Part shown: in pieces, positions 17,879 through 27,686 of the stretch
Layout of the letters: each line of letters begins with the position of its first letter
Numbering within the stretch: position 1 is the stretch's first letter
Source of the DNA: a virus
Taxonomy: Duplodnaviria > Heunggongvirae > Uroviricota > Caudoviricetes
Length of the DNA: 64,000 nt
Reading direction: 5' to 3' (one strand)
IMG/VR virus record: IMGVR_UViG_3300015615_000629
Span: 1-64,000 of that record
Made by a program: the position numbers and the translations under genes
The notes under the pieces: generated by a model
The model's database searches: none
What the model saw: only the letters and a program-made list of their open reading frames with translations
What the model was told of the DNA's origin: nothing

Positions 17879-18172
17879 TTACGAGAGAAGTTGGTTATTA
17901 ATTGGTGGCCAAGTCCAATAGTCGGCGGCTTCTAGGTCGGAGAAGCGAAGAATAGTCCAATTGATAGGGCTATCACTGGGTAGATTCAGGACTTCGGTAT
18001 TTTGGAGGGCGATTTGTAAAGGGGTGGTGAACAGGTCATCGCCTATATGGTAGCAATAGGCGGCGTATCTGAGTTTGTTAAGTGTATCCTCAGACTTAGG
18101 TTGTGACGAGAACACACCTAAACTATAAAGTTCATCTGGTCTGTTGTTGCCTTTGCAATGAATAATAGTCAT
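17879..18172 (-). CDS. hypothetical protein
   Basis: ATG 9 nt after motif 18182. Confidence 0.6.
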   Translation of the reverse strand: MTIIHCKGNNRPDELYSLGVFSSQPKSEDTLNKLRYAAYCYHIGDDLFTTPLQIALQNTEVLNLPSDSPINWTILRFSDLEAADYWTWPPINNQLLS

Positions 18173-18250
18173 ATTGTTTTTGGTACAGATTGACGTAAAC
18201 CTAGTAATTATAAAGGTTTACAGTTTTTGAAAATGTGGTTTTTTAATTTT

Positions 18251-18739
18251 CTAGGTTTGTATTGGCGGGCCGGTGGTTGCTATTAATTGCCAACCGGGGC
18301 AGGTATATTTGAATTGAGCGGTTCCGTTAGCGTCGGTAATTTTGACGAGTTTTTCTGGGTGGGTGAGTTTTAGAAAGTAATCGTTAATAGCGGCTTCTGG
18401 GGTGGAGCCGAAACCGTACACAAAGGTTTCGTCATCGATTTCGGGATCGACGAGTGTGATATCAAGAGAGCGGATAGCCCAGCGTTCGTTAATTGTGCCT
18501 ACGTTGATTGGTAGGATATTAACATTTTGGGTGAGCAGTTGAATGGTGCTGAGTTTTTCTGCTGTTGATTGTGGAGTGTGGTCGATTTTGTTTAAGATAA
18601 TATCGAGGTCATCTTTGGTGAGTCCCTCGACAAGTTTGGTAAGGACAGCGGCCACAGAGGATTTTCTTGTCTCTGGGTCTGAGATGTTGGCGAGTTGGGC
18701 CGAGATACGTTCGAGGGTGGCAGATTGGCGGTGGTTCAT
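18251..18739 (-). CDS. hypothetical protein
   Basis: ATG 9 nt after motif 18749. Confidence 0.7.
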   Translation of the reverse strand: MNHRQSATLERISAQLANISDPETRKSSVAAVLTKLVEGLTKDDLDIILNKIDHTPQSTAEKLSTIQLLTQNVNILPINVGTINERWAIRSLDITLVDPEIDDETFVYGFGSTPEAAINDYFLKLTHPEKLVKITDANGTAQFKYTCPGWQLIATTGPPIQT

Positions 18740-18815
18740 GGCAGATTAGGTACAGGTTGTGATTCATTAGAAATGTTGCCAGACGTATAGCAGCACTATC
18801 TAAATTGAGACTTTT

Positions 18816-19064
18816 CTAAAGTGACCAGTAGCAGCGTTTCTTATTAAGCATACCGCCGCCGATAAGTTTTAGTTTTTTGAGTTCGGCGAGGGTATTGTAG
18901 AAAACCTTTTCGTTTATGAATTTGTAGCCAGCAAATTCTAGGCGGCGTCTTAGTTCGGTGCCTGATAAAGCGACGTTAGGTGTGGTGCCTTTCAGGGCGT
19001 AGAGGATAGCATCTTTATGAATCATACGGCGATTCTTTGGTTTGCGGGAGCGAGCCGTTGGCAC
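18816..19064 (-). CDS. small winged-HTH-like basic protein
   Basis: Helix pattern followed by a ...G.....YWSL wing. Confidence 0.5.
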   Translation of the reverse strand: MPTARSRKPKNRRMIHKDAILYALKGTTPNVALSGTELRRRLEFAGYKFINEKVFYNTLAELKKLKLIGGGMLNKKRCYWSL

Positions 19065-19771
19065 TGATTTTGGTCGATAGCGGGATTTAGGTTAATTTCG
19101 CGTCCATCTTGGATGCCTTTTTCATAGGCAGCATCGGAGCCTTGAAGTCTGGCTAGGGTGAGATTTTTGCGGGTAACGCCATTATTATCAATTTGGTCTT
19201 GAATGAATTTCTTTTGTGCTTCGATGAGTTGGGAGTTTACTACCATGAGGGCGTTTGGATTTTGGTTAATAACGGGTTTGCGTAATTCTTCCATTTTCAT
19301 GGAGAAACCGATTTGCAAACCGTGGTAATAGGTTTTGGCATCGGTACGTTTGAAACCATGTTCTCGTCTGGCTTGTTCCCACAGATTTCGGAAGGTACGG
19401 GAGAGGTAGACGTAGACATGGTTAGCTACATCAACATTTTCTTTTGTCCCGAAGATACGGAGGTGAAATTCGGAGACACGGCGGCCGTGGTTCCAGCCGG
19501 TTTGTTTGGTGAAGTAGGAAACGCGGACGAAAAAGAATTGATTTAGGATAGCGGCGACGGCATCGGTATCCCAGGAGCGTTTTGGGGATTTGTTAATAGT
19601 TTGGTCGGTGAATTGGGAAGGTTCTTGGAGGTCGATGCTTGCGATATTATGTTCGGCCATAAGTTTAGCGGCTTTGGCCATCGCGGCTTCTGCTTCGCCT
19701 TGGGAGGGGTTTCCATCGGCGAGTCGGAAGAGGGCTTGCACGTTTTCGATAATTTGTTCTTTGGTGAGCAT
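19022..19771 (-). CDS. DUF2786-domain protein
   Basis: L.RLA..NP...EA.AA..KA..LM..HNI N-terminus. Confidence 0.8.
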   Translation of the reverse strand: MLTKEQIIENVQALFRLADGNPSQGEAEAAMAKAAKLMAEHNIASIDLQEPSQFTDQTINKSPKRSWDTDAVAAILNQFFFVRVSYFTKQTGWNHGRRVSEFHLRIFGTKENVDVANHVYVYLSRTFRNLWEQARREHGFKRTDAKTYYHGLQIGFSMKMEELRKPVINQNPNALMVVNSQLIEAQKKFIQDQIDNNGVTRKNLTLARLQGSDAAYEKGIQDGREINLNPAIDQNQCQRLAPANQRIAV

Positions 19772-19817
19772 GGTTTATATTCCTTGGTGGTTTTGGGGAT
19801 ATGGAATTTGGTACAGG

Positions 19818-20171
19818 TTAAGTTTTCAGATTCTTTTCGATATCGCTTATTAGTTTATCGGCGGCTTGTTTGTCTGAATCGTCTTCTGAATCGAATTGGT
19901 TAAAGACGACAGCGAGTAATTTACGGATATCGTCAGGATTGGAGATTTTATCCGTAATGGCATCAATTCTTCTCTCGTATCTGTTCCAGAATTCGAGATT
20001 TGTTTGAATATCTTCGAGTCGGTTTTGCAGAAGTTTTACTTGTCCGACGGCGTATTGGACATTAGACAGGCAACGGTGCGGAGTATGATTATCATCACGC
20101 ACAAGGGCATCGGCGATAGTTTTCGCCATTGTGGACAGGTCTGAGAGTCTTTGGCGGGTTTCGGGGTTCAT
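19818..20171 (-). CDS. hypothetical protein
   Basis: ATG 9 nt after motif 20181. Confidence 0.7.
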   Translation of the reverse strand: MNPETRQRLSDLSTMAKTIADALVRDDNHTPHRCLSNVQYAVGQVKLLQNRLEDIQTNLEFWNRYERRIDAITDKISNPDDIRKLLAVVFNQFDSEDDSDKQAADKLISDIEKNLKT

Positions 20172-20395
20172 GGTGATTTTGGTACAGGTTTGGGGTGTTC
20201 GATATAATAAAGTTTTCTGATATCGCTGCTTAGTTGTTCGATATTGGTTTGGAGGGTTTTGACGGCGGCTTCGGCTTGTTGGATATTATCGAGGGCAGTG
20301 GTGATATTTTCAGACTTTGCTTGGAGCACAAGGTCAAGAAGTTTAATTGTTTCGATAGCGGTTTCGGTGAGTTTATGGCTTAGTTGTTCGTTCAT
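20168..20395 (-). CDS. coiled-coil hypothetical protein
   Basis: ATGA-coupled ORF. Confidence 0.65.
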   Translation of the reverse strand: MNEQLSHKLTETAIETIKLLDLVLQAKSENITTALDNIQQAEAAVKTLQTNIEQLSSDIRKLYYIEHPKPVPKSP

Positions 20396-20610
20396 GTTTT
20401 GTCCATATCCTTAAAGGATTGGATAAATTCTTTCGCATTTAGGAGAGAATTTTTGATAGCGGTGATAGTGTTTTCGATATCGCTGGTTAATACTGGGTCG
20501 GCATCATCCAGAGCGATAGTTAATGCGGTTATGGTGACAGCGACTTGAACTGGGGAGAGTGGGACACAGATTTTGCCGGCATCGGTGATAAGTGGGTCTC
20601 TTTGGCTCAT
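20392..20610 (-). CDS. hypothetical protein
   Basis: ATGA-coupled ORF. Confidence 0.6.
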   Translation of the reverse strand: MSQRDPLITDAGKICVPLSPVQVAVTITALTIALDDADPVLTSDIENTITAIKNSLLNAKEFIQSFKDMDKT

Positions 20611-21077
20611 GGTAGTTCGGTAATTTTGAATTGGTTAGTGCCTCTAATTTTTCTTTTCTTCAATTTATTTGAAGCGAAGACATTGTAGAGGCGTTGGGTT
20701 TCTTTTTGGGTAGCGTAATTGGTAGCGTTGGAGAAGGTTTTCCACAAAAAGTGGCAGGCATCCCAGCGTTGGTTTTCGTTTGGGTAGTTAGCGATATGAA
20801 TTAAGAGATTAGATTCATCTCTATAGTTCATATTTTTAGTGATAAGCCATCCTTCGCCAGAGCCATTCCACCATCTGAGGGCGACGTAACCGACTTTGGA
20901 GAAGATATCATATCGGTAGGAATCGCCGGTCCATTTAGAGTGTTGGCCGGCTTGTCTTGCTTGTCCGAATCTTGCGGAGGCGAGGTGGGTCCATTCATTG
21001 GTTTGAACGGAGTTGATAAGGGGCGAGTTTTGGTCTGGGTGGAGATATTGAGCGGGTTCGACAGGTTTGAGGTTCAT
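20607..21077 (-). CDS. hypothetical protein
   Basis: Start moved to ATG 21077 (9 nt after motif 21087). Confidence 0.65.
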   Translation of the reverse strand: MNLKPVEPAQYLHPDQNSPLINSVQTNEWTHLASARFGQARQAGQHSKWTGDSYRYDIFSKVGYVALRWWNGSGEGWLITKNMNYRDESNLLIHIANYPNENQRWDACHFLWKTFSNATNYATQKETQRLYNVFASNKLKKRKIRGTNQFKITELP

Positions 21078-21313
21078 GTTTGGTTTGGTACAGATTTGTT
21101 CTTTAAGGCGAAGAGGGTGAGTGCTTTCGCTGGATATCCGATAGGGTCGAAGAGTCTTACGTCTGGTAATTCGTAGGTTCCCTCGACGGTATGGGATTCG
21201 GGGGCGTTTGGTTGCCAATTGGTTCTATCGTTTTGAAAATAGCCTACACAGAGGTCGGAGATGGGGTCAAACCAGAGTTTGGTTATAATATGTTTGAAGG
21301 GGTCGAGTGTCAT
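21074..21313 (-). CDS. hypothetical protein
   Basis: ATG 9 nt after motif 21323. Confidence 0.65.
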   Translation of the reverse strand: MTLDPFKHIITKLWFDPISDLCVGYFQNDRTNWQPNAPESHTVEGTYELPDVRLFDPIGYPAKALTLFALKNKSVPNQT

Positions 21314-21330
21314 AATTATTTTGGTACAGG

Positions 21331-21783
21331 TTACTTAGGGGTCTTGGATTTCTTGGTGCGGGGCTTACGGTTGGGGTCTGGGTTATAGAACCGCTTTACG
21401 CGGTCGAGAAATTCGTGAGCAGCACGGGTTGCTACGCGAGGGAGTTGTTCTTTAACCTTGAAGGCGTCTTTGGCCTCGTCATTTGACATAAACTTGTGTG
21501 TGTTGTTTGCTTTGAGTTGATTTTCGAGGTGTTCTTGGGGGCGGGCACGATAGATGGCGGTTTCGATACCGCGATTACGTTTGAACACATCTGGGGAGTT
21601 GAGATTGGTTACAGAGTAACCGATTTGGATATCGTTATTTTCCTTGAAGGCGACGAGGACACCGAAGGGGACGTTATTAACGTCACGGAGATAGGCGATA
21701 ATACCTTTATGTTCATTGAGGAACATTTTGGGATTATCGAAGGTTCGGGGCTTGGCTTTGAGTTGGTTGAGGGTAGCGGGCAT
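21331..21783 (-). CDS. conserved phage hypothetical protein
   Basis: GVLVA...IGYS....D.F....GI..A..RA pattern. Confidence 0.7.
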   Translation of the reverse strand: MPATLNQLKAKPRTFDNPKMFLNEHKGIIAYLRDVNNVPFGVLVAFKENNDIQIGYSVTNLNSPDVFKRNRGIETAIYRARPQEHLENQLKANNTHKFMSNDEAKDAFKVKEQLPRVATRAAHEFLDRVKRFYNPDPNRKPRTKKSKTPK

Positions 21784-21799
21784 GGGGATTTACCTTTCT

Positions 21800-22114
21800 T
21801 TAGGAGTGTTTATTTTGGTAGAGGGTAGGATTTTTGATAAAGGCATCGAGCCAATGGTTCACAAACATGTAGAGGAATTCTCTGCCGGTAGATTTTAGGC
21901 AGGATTTCTTCCAATCACGATTATTTTGGTACAGGTTGACGGTTCTGGATTCTGTATGGTTAATAAACCATAGTTGTTGTTCTGTGGAGAGGTTATGGTT
22001 TCGTTGGTTGATACAAGTTTCGGCGACGACTTTTGGGAGCAGGGAGGTTTGGTCGGCGAAGTTATTAAGTGCTTGTTGGTTCATGGGATTATAATTTCGG
22101 GGTTTGCTAATCAT
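21800..22114 (-). CDS. hypothetical protein
   Basis: ORF. Confidence 0.6.
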   Translation of the reverse strand: MISKPRNYNPMNQQALNNFADQTSLLPKVVAETCINQRNHNLSTEQQLWFINHTESRTVNLYQNNRDWKKSCLKSTGREFLYMFVNHWLDAFIKNPTLYQNKHS

Positions 22115-22258
22115 CGGTCCATTCGAGGAACCAAGCGATTGCTTCGGAGCGTCTGATTATGTCCACAAAGAATTGAACATTTTTGGCATCGATGAATCCT
22201 GGTGTGTAGTCGCATACAAATTCGGATTCATCGGGCCATTTGGCGAAAAAGGTACATT

Positions 22259-22456
22259 TCATGTTATTTTGATCACGATTGCTTTGGTTTTAGTAATGTC
22301 ATGCTGATAAATGGTACAGAATTGTCCGATTGTCTCAAAAGCATGACACTGGATTCTGCCTTTGATTCTTGGCCAATAGGAGTTGATTGCGGCATCTCTG
22401 GCGTGGCTTTCCACCAGTTGACGATTGCCGTTTTCTGCTATGAAATATTTTGGCAT
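22259..22456 (-). CDS. hypothetical protein
   Basis: Start moved to ATG 22456 after motif 22469. Confidence 0.5.
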   Translation of the reverse strand: MPKYFIAENGNRQLVESHARDAAINSYWPRIKGRIQCHAFETIGQFCTIYQHDITKTKAIVIKIT

Positions 22457-22505
22457 GGTCAGTTTGTTGGTACAGATTCGATAAATGCTTGCCCGCCAGT
22501 TGAAT

Positions 22506-22781
22506 TTACTTGTTTGAAAAGGCGGCGGCGTCATCGTAGGTGAACAGTCTTGAGTCTGGAAACCAAAATTCGAGTGGCCAGACGCATTTAAGCCATAATC
22601 TGAATTGTTTTGGTTCTGCCGGTTCGACTTCATATCTTTCGCAAAGAAAGAAAACGTCGTGATTTTCGCTGACGGCACAGATTACTTCTGAATATGGCGA
22701 TTCTGGCAGATAGTTGACACGTGTATAGCGTGTTCCTGTCCAAATAAAATCTTCTCCGATTGGAACGTCTTTGGCTTTCAT
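22506..22781 (-). CDS. hypothetical protein
   Basis: ATGA-coupled ORF. Confidence 0.6.
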   Translation of the reverse strand: MKAKDVPIGEDFIWTGTRYTRVNYLPESPYSEVICAVSENHDVFFLCERYEVEPAEPKQFRLWLKCVWPLEFWFPDSRLFTYDDAAAFSNK

Positions 22782-23272
22782 AGGGGTTCGACTTGGGTAT
22801 CGGAGGGCAGGGCGATTACGGTATTTGAATCTTCGTTTAGTACGAAGATAAAATCATCTTCTGAGTATGGGTGAACGGCGGCATTGATTGAGCGGCCGAA
22901 TTGGATACGTCTATAGATTGAGTTATTAAAGGTACAGATTTTTCCGATTGGGAGTTGTCCCGCTTGGATTTTGGTTGGATTTTGGCGGGCGGTCTCGGCG
23001 ATACGTTGGACTGCATCCACAATTTCTTGTGGACTACCTTCTAGTTCAAGTTCGGCATTGGTTCCGTGGGAATAAAGGTACAGATTACCGTCGCGGAGGG
23101 ACGCTTCGACTTGTGGTGCTTTGGCTTTTCGGCTGATGATTTGTACTGTGGTGCGAAGCGGGAGAACAGGAGTTGGTTTGAGCAGCCCATCATCGAGCAA
23201 ATTTTTAACGGCTAATCGAGCCTCTTCGGGTGACTGTTTGCTTTCAAATTCTACAAGAATTTGGTGTTTCAT
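22778..23272 (-). CDS. hypothetical protein
   Basis: ATGA-coupled ORF. Confidence 0.65.
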   Translation of the reverse strand: MKHQILVEFESKQSPEEARLAVKNLLDDGLLKPTPVLPLRTTVQIISRKAKAPQVEASLRDGNLYLYSHGTNAELELEGSPQEIVDAVQRIAETARQNPTKIQAGQLPIGKICTFNNSIYRRIQFGRSINAAVHPYSEDDFIFVLNEDSNTVIALPSDTQVEPL

Positions 23273-23826
23273 TGTATTCTTTTAATGAGGGCCGCAATAG
23301 ATTCCATAGTGGCTCTGGAATCTTCGTCGGCTTGGTGTGGGTTGAATTGGATACCGAGAAAGGTACAGATTGACGTTAGAGAATCGTTTAGGTCTTTTGG
23401 AATAACATTTGATTCTTTAAGAAATTGGACAATAACGCTAAGGTCGAGAGCGTTATAAGCCACAAAGGTATCCCAGGAGCCTTTGCTGAGTAATTTATCT
23501 TGGATATGGCTTACATCGCCGTGGACATTTTTGCCGACTAATGTAAGTTTATTTGTTCCGTTGGTGGAAAGTTCTTTCAGGTAGTTATAGAGTTCGGTGC
23601 CTGCCTTACGGTAGGGAATTGCTTTTTTGGCTAATTCCACAAGGTTTATATTATTTACTTCGAGGGCGTTGGGGTCAACGTGGTAGATGCCATCATCGGG
23701 GATTAGGAATAATTCCTTATTGTTTATAAGGTTAAATTCCTGATTGAATGCTTGCAGGGAGAGGGTTAATAGGCTTTTATCTAAGCCTATTCCTCCGGTT
23801 TCGGCGTCAATGGAGAGGTAGGTCAT
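23269..23826 (-). CDS. DEDDh 3'-5' exonuclease
   Basis: IDAETGG (ExoI), GKNVHGD (ExoII), HQADED (ExoIII). Confidence 0.85.
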   Translation of the reverse strand: MTYLSIDAETGGIGLDKSLLTLSLQAFNQEFNLINNKELFLIPDDGIYHVDPNALEVNNINLVELAKKAIPYRKAGTELYNYLKELSTNGTNKLTLVGKNVHGDVSHIQDKLLSKGSWDTFVAYNALDLSVIVQFLKESNVIPKDLNDSLTSICTFLGIQFNPHQADEDSRATMESIAALIKRIQ

Positions 23827-24149
23827 TTATATTCTTTTATTTTGACGTAGCTGCTTACACGGTAGAACATTACGGCTTTTTGTTCGTAATGTTTAGCGGT
23901 TAAGTCGGCGATATGTTCCATTTGGGAGGCGGTACAGGCGATTCTAACGGGAATCATTCGTTCTGAGAAGAGGTTCCCTTCGGCGTCTACCCATTGGCCT
24001 TTTGCGGGGGTTAGGATTGTCAATCCGTTGGCGATTTCCCTGATTTTCTTATCCCAAACTCTGTGGAATCTGGTTTTGATAGGTCTGCCGTCGTTTCGGA
24101 TGGTGGGCACAAGAATTTCGTATAAATCAAGTTCGATAAAATCGTTCAT
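23823..24149 (-). CDS. conserved hypothetical protein
   Basis: GLTILTPAKGQW...YEQKAV pattern. Confidence 0.7.
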   Translation of the reverse strand: MNDFIELDLYEILVPTIRNDGRPIKTRFHRVWDKKIREIANGLTILTPAKGQWVDAEGNLFSERMIPVRIACTASQMEHIADLTAKHYEQKAVMFYRVSSYVKIKEYK

Positions 24150-24349
24150 ATCAAAGCCAATTCATCCGGATAGAAGAATCGTTCGCATTCATCGTCTATT
24201 TTGACTGTATACATGAGTCCATCGTGTCGGTCTTGAACAGAACCAGTAATGGTTCCTGTATAGCCTATAAGGAAGAGTAAAGGTTTGGCTTTGATTTTGA
24301 CAACTTTAACTTTATCGCCGGTTTTGAACATGTTGGTTAGTCGCAGCAA
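24146..24349 (-). CDS. small SH3-like hypothetical protein
   Basis: FKTGDKVKV..G.TGTI..Y.V...F...EL pattern. Confidence 0.55.
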   Translation of the reverse strand: MLRLTNMFKTGDKVKVVKIKAKPLLFLIGYTGTITGSVQDRHDGLMYTVKIDDECERFFYPDELALI

Positions 24350-24762
24350 CTACAGGCGATTGCGTGTTTAAGGACTGAGGAATTTTTATATCCTTTTAGT
24401 TTCAATCCGACGAGGGTATCGTTGACACAGCAGCAGCCATTGACGCCGCAAAGTTTGATTCTTTTGTTTTGTTGAATATTGGTGGACTTCAAGAAGTCTT
24501 GAATATGTCTTGAGCCATCGTCTTCGAGTTTACCGATATAGAAAACATTACCATATTTTTCGAGTAATTTGGTAATAGTTTTAACGGTATCGGTAGGTTT
24601 GATGGGGCCGACTCCCTCCTCCTTTCTGGCATATTCTAGGACAATAACCATTTCGTTATTGTCGATAGATTTTTGAATTTCTTTTTGCACAGCGGGCAGG
24701 GCGTCTTTATGGGCAGGAAATTCCCGCTGCATATCGACGACAACAAGAATACGAGAATTCAT
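24337..24762 (-). CDS. isochorismatase-like cysteine hydrolase
   Basis: LVVVDMQ and CGVNGCCCV..T motifs. Confidence 0.75.
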   Translation of the reverse strand: MNSRILVVVDMQREFPAHKDALPAVQKEIQKSIDNNEMVIVLEYARKEEGVGPIKPTDTVKTITKLLEKYGNVFYIGKLEDDGSRHIQDFLKSTNIQQNKRIKLCGVNGCCCVNDTLVGLKLKGYKNSSVLKHAIACSCCD

Positions 24763-24763
24763 G

Positions 24764-24982
24764 TTACCGACCCCACATCCAATCATCTTTAGGAAGTTCT
24801 AGGCCACCCCAAGAGCGGATTCGCCAGCCCTTACCGTCGTTGTAATCAGTAATATCAACGGTAAAGAGGGAGTGGCCGTGAACGGTATAGAATTGGAGTT
24901 TTGCGTAATAATCTCCCTCTTGTTCGAGGAAGTTACTTTTCAATCCCAATTCTTTTTCGAGTTTGGTTTTGAATTCCTTCAT
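24764..24982 (-). CDS. hypothetical protein
   Basis: ATG 9 nt after motif 24992. Confidence 0.6.
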   Translation of the reverse strand: MKEFKTKLEKELGLKSNFLEQEGDYYAKLQFYTVHGHSLFTVDITDYNDGKGWRIRSWGGLELPKDDWMWGR

Positions 24983-24999
24983 GGCGAATTAGGTACAGG

Positions 25000-25446
25000 T
25001 TACTCTTCGGAATCGGCGAAGGAGGGCCAAGTGATACAAATACATTTTCCACTTGGGGTTGTTTCATATCCCTCATCAAGGAGGGCATCTTTATCCTCTT
25101 GGGTATATTCATCCCAATTGGAGAGATTATCTTCACACTTTTGGAGAAAGTATGCGTTGGCTTGTTCTACGTCGTGGAAAAGCCGCATGGATTCTGGTAC
25201 ATTGCCGTTAATCACAGTCACGACAATAGTTACGTTTCGGAGGGCTTGTCGGGCAGCGACGGCACCGGAGAAGAATCCGGCCATTTCGTGGTGTTTATCA
25301 TGATGAATATTAAAATCGACCGAATACACAGTTTCGTCGTCTTCGACGGTAACTTTTGGCTTGAAGCAAGCGGCCATTTGCACGAGTGTATTAAACTGTT
25401 TGTTTTTGCCCAATTCAGCAGGAACAGTTACAAAGTTAAGTCTCAT
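25000..25446 (-). CDS. hypothetical protein
   Basis: ORF; stop fused to motif 24992. Confidence 0.7.
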   Translation of the reverse strand: MRLNFVTVPAELGKNKQFNTLVQMAACFKPKVTVEDDETVYSVDFNIHHDKHHEMAGFFSGAVAARQALRNVTIVVTVINGNVPESMRLFHDVEQANAYFLQKCEDNLSNWDEYTQEDKDALLDEGYETTPSGKCICITWPSFADSEE

Positions 25447-25530
25447 TGGTTTTGTCCTTTTGGATAAGGTTGAGAGCGGCCTTTAGGCAGTTTTCACAAA
25501 GGAAAACTTTCATAGCGGATACGGTACAGG

Positions 25531-25734
25531 TTAAACTTCTCGTATCTCCATCCAGCGGATAAACTTATCGGAAACGTATCCGCCATCTTCAATGGATTGG
25601 AGCATGATTTGCCCATCATCTTCAACGGCTTGCACTACCATGAATTTGATACCTTGTTCAAATTCAAGTAGGTAGTGAGCGTTTACCGTTGGGACTAGCG
25701 GCGGTGGATTTTGATAATCGGTGTTCCAATTCAT
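25531..25734 (-). CDS. hypothetical protein
   Basis: ORF; stop fused to motif 25523. Confidence 0.6.
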   Translation of the reverse strand: MNWNTDYQNPPPLVPTVNAHYLLEFEQGIKFMVVQAVEDDGQIMLQSIEDGGYVSDKFIRWMEIREV

Positions 25735-25752
25735 GGCAATTCCAACCAGCGT

Positions 25753-26058
25753 TTAGGGGCGGGTATGTTGTTCTAGGTACAGGTTAAAGGCATCCAAAGC
25801 GATACGGTTGATTAAGGCACTAATCCCCGCCGCTGGCTTGTCATTTAAGCGGTCTTTGCGGCGGATATAGGAGTTTTCAATTTGCCATTTGTTATTTGGT
25901 TGTGCCAATTCGACAAAGATTAGATTGATTCGGATATGATAAGGAATTTCACGAAAGATAAAATTCCCGTTATTTTCGGCGGTGACAATGGCATGACCGT
26001 CCTCCCAAGAATAGATATCAAGATTACCATATTCAGTAGCGACGGTGCCATTATTCAT
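25753..26058 (-). CDS. hypothetical protein
   Basis: ORF. Confidence 0.6.
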   Translation of the reverse strand: MNNGTVATEYGNLDIYSWEDGHAIVTAENNGNFIFREIPYHIRINLIFVELAQPNNKWQIENSYIRRKDRLNDKPAAGISALINRIALDAFNLYLEQHTRP

Positions 26059-26069
26059 TTGAATTAACC

Positions 26070-26117
26070 AAAAAAGAAAAACCCCGCACAGAGTATGGGT
26101 AACTCTGTGCGGGGTTT
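26070..26117 (-). terminator. intrinsic terminator
   Basis: 16-bp stem AAACCCCGCACAGAGT/ACTCTGTGCGGGGTTT plus U-rich tail. Confidence 0.85.
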
Positions 26118-26121
26118 GGAC

Positions 26122-26541
26122 TTACGCGGCGGCTTGGGCAACCGCTTCGGCTTCGCTCGCACTGACTTGGGCGGTCACTTCGGCAACCGTTTCGGTCGTG
26201 GGGGCGGGTTCGCTAACGACGCGGGCCTTACGGGCGGCTCGCTGGGCGGCACGTTCGGCCTTGGCGGCGATTTGCAACTTGCCGGTTCCCTTGGGGCGGC
26301 CGGCTTGCAGAGCGATACCGGCATCCTTGGCGAACTTGCAGAGGGTCACGAGGGTGACCTTCATGGCCTTGGGAATCAGGTCGGTGTTACGCTCGGCACG
26401 CAACGGGCTGCGGGGGCCAGCGGTCAGGCGATTGCGGGCACCGGTCAAACCGTGCTTGCGAATCAGGCTGAGCATGTGGGTCTTGGTCTTTCCGGTATAA
26501 ACCGGGGGACGGCCAGGGCCACGCTTGGTGTTCTGCGACAT
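26122..26541 (-). CDS. AT-hook-containing basic DNA-binding protein
   Basis: AAGGAG SD; KRGPGRPP and AGRPKG motifs. Confidence 0.65.
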   Translation of the reverse strand: MSQNTKRGPGRPPVYTGKTKTHMLSLIRKHGLTGARNRLTAGPRSPLRAERNTDLIPKAMKVTLVTLCKFAKDAGIALQAGRPKGTGKLQIAAKAERAAQRAARKARVVSEPAPTTETVAEVTAQVSASEAEAVAQAAA

Positions 26542-26714
26542 CTTGACATCTCCTTTAGGAAGATTTGGTTGTCGGGTATACACAACCCATTTATACAACC
26601 AGGGTTTCAATTCGCTGACTGAGAATAATCTTCTCGAATAAAGTTCAGCGACTTGTTTTGTTTGCCCCTTCGTATCAGTTACGGTACAGATTAAGTTTGT
26701 CCCGTAACTTTATC

Positions 26715-27032
26715 TTAATGGTCTGCCTGCCAGGGTCCAGGGGCGTCTAAATCCTCTTGGCTTGGCTCATCCTCGTCTATCTCTTCTACCTCTTCATCCT
26801 CTTCGATATTGTCTTTATATTCGCCTGTATACTCGAAAGTATCGTGGTATTCGCCAGCGATATTATCGAGCATGGAAGCAGCACACTCTTCATCGACCCA
26901 AGGATGGTCGATACAATGAAAGAGCAAAGAGCGAATAAAGGTTTTTTGTTCCTCTTTATCTTCGATTTCGAGGATTGTATCTGTAAGATTGTCAATGGTT
27001 TGAGTGATTTCGCGTTCGTCAAGAGTTTTCAT
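26715..27032 (-). CDS. highly acidic hypothetical protein
   Basis: AAGGA SD; D/E-rich. Confidence 0.65.
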   Translation of the reverse strand: MKTLDEREITQTIDNLTDTILEIEDKEEQKTFIRSLLFHCIDHPWVDEECAASMLDNIAGEYHDTFEYTGEYKDNIEEDEEVEEIDEDEPSQEDLDAPGPWQADH

Positions 27033-27072
27033 TGTTTTGTTTCCTTTTCTGTGGTTTACGGTACAGATTAAG

Positions 27073-27291
27073 TTACTTGATTTTTCCGCTCTTATAGATT
27101 TCACGTTGGGCTTTGCCGCCATGTTTCTTACGGTATTCCTTGAGCATATTCGCGGCTTGTGGCCTTGCGGCTCCCACAGCGGTAGTTCCGTGAAATTTAC
27201 TGTAACTTGGCACTTGTTTCGCCGTAGTGGGATAGGTTCGCATCGTCGCGGCGGCGTGCAACAATTTTCTTGTGGTTGATTTCAGGCTCAT
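27073..27291 (-). CDS. basic hypothetical protein
   Basis: ATG 9 nt after motif 27301. Confidence 0.6.
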   Translation of the reverse strand: MSLKSTTRKLLHAAATMRTYPTTAKQVPSYSKFHGTTAVGAARPQAANMLKEYRKKHGGKAQREIYKSGKIK

Positions 27292-27326
27292 GTCAGTTAT
27301 GGTACAGATTAAGTTTGTTGGATATC

Positions 27327-27668
27327 TTATCTTAAACTGAATCTGCCCTTATCGACTTGTTTTGTTAGCCGGAGAATACTAATAAGTTGCTTTGTTTCAA
27401 AACTTTTGAAGTCACGAGTGACACAACCGCCACCGAAAACATCTTCGATGATACCGTCCTGAACAAAGCCAAGAACGGTTAATTTTCCGTTGGTGACTTC
27501 TCGCAGAAAGACACAAAGTTGTAAAACTTCTGAATTTCCGATAGGACCGGTTGTGAAACCGCTGTCCCTTAACTTCGGTTTAATCCAAGCCTTTAATTTC
27601 TTAATGACTTGGCTCCGCAGTTTGCGGTCGAAATTAAGATAGAAATCAAGATATTGTTTGATCTTCAT
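27327..27668 (-). CDS. hypothetical protein
   Basis: ATG 10 nt after motif 27679. Confidence 0.65.
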   Translation of the reverse strand: MKIKQYLDFYLNFDRKLRSQVIKKLKAWIKPKLRDSGFTTGPIGNSEVLQLCVFLREVTNGKLTVLGFVQDGIIEDVFGGGCVTRDFKSFETKQLISILRLTKQVDKGRFSLR

Positions 27669-27686
27669 AGCGGAATTAGGTACAGA

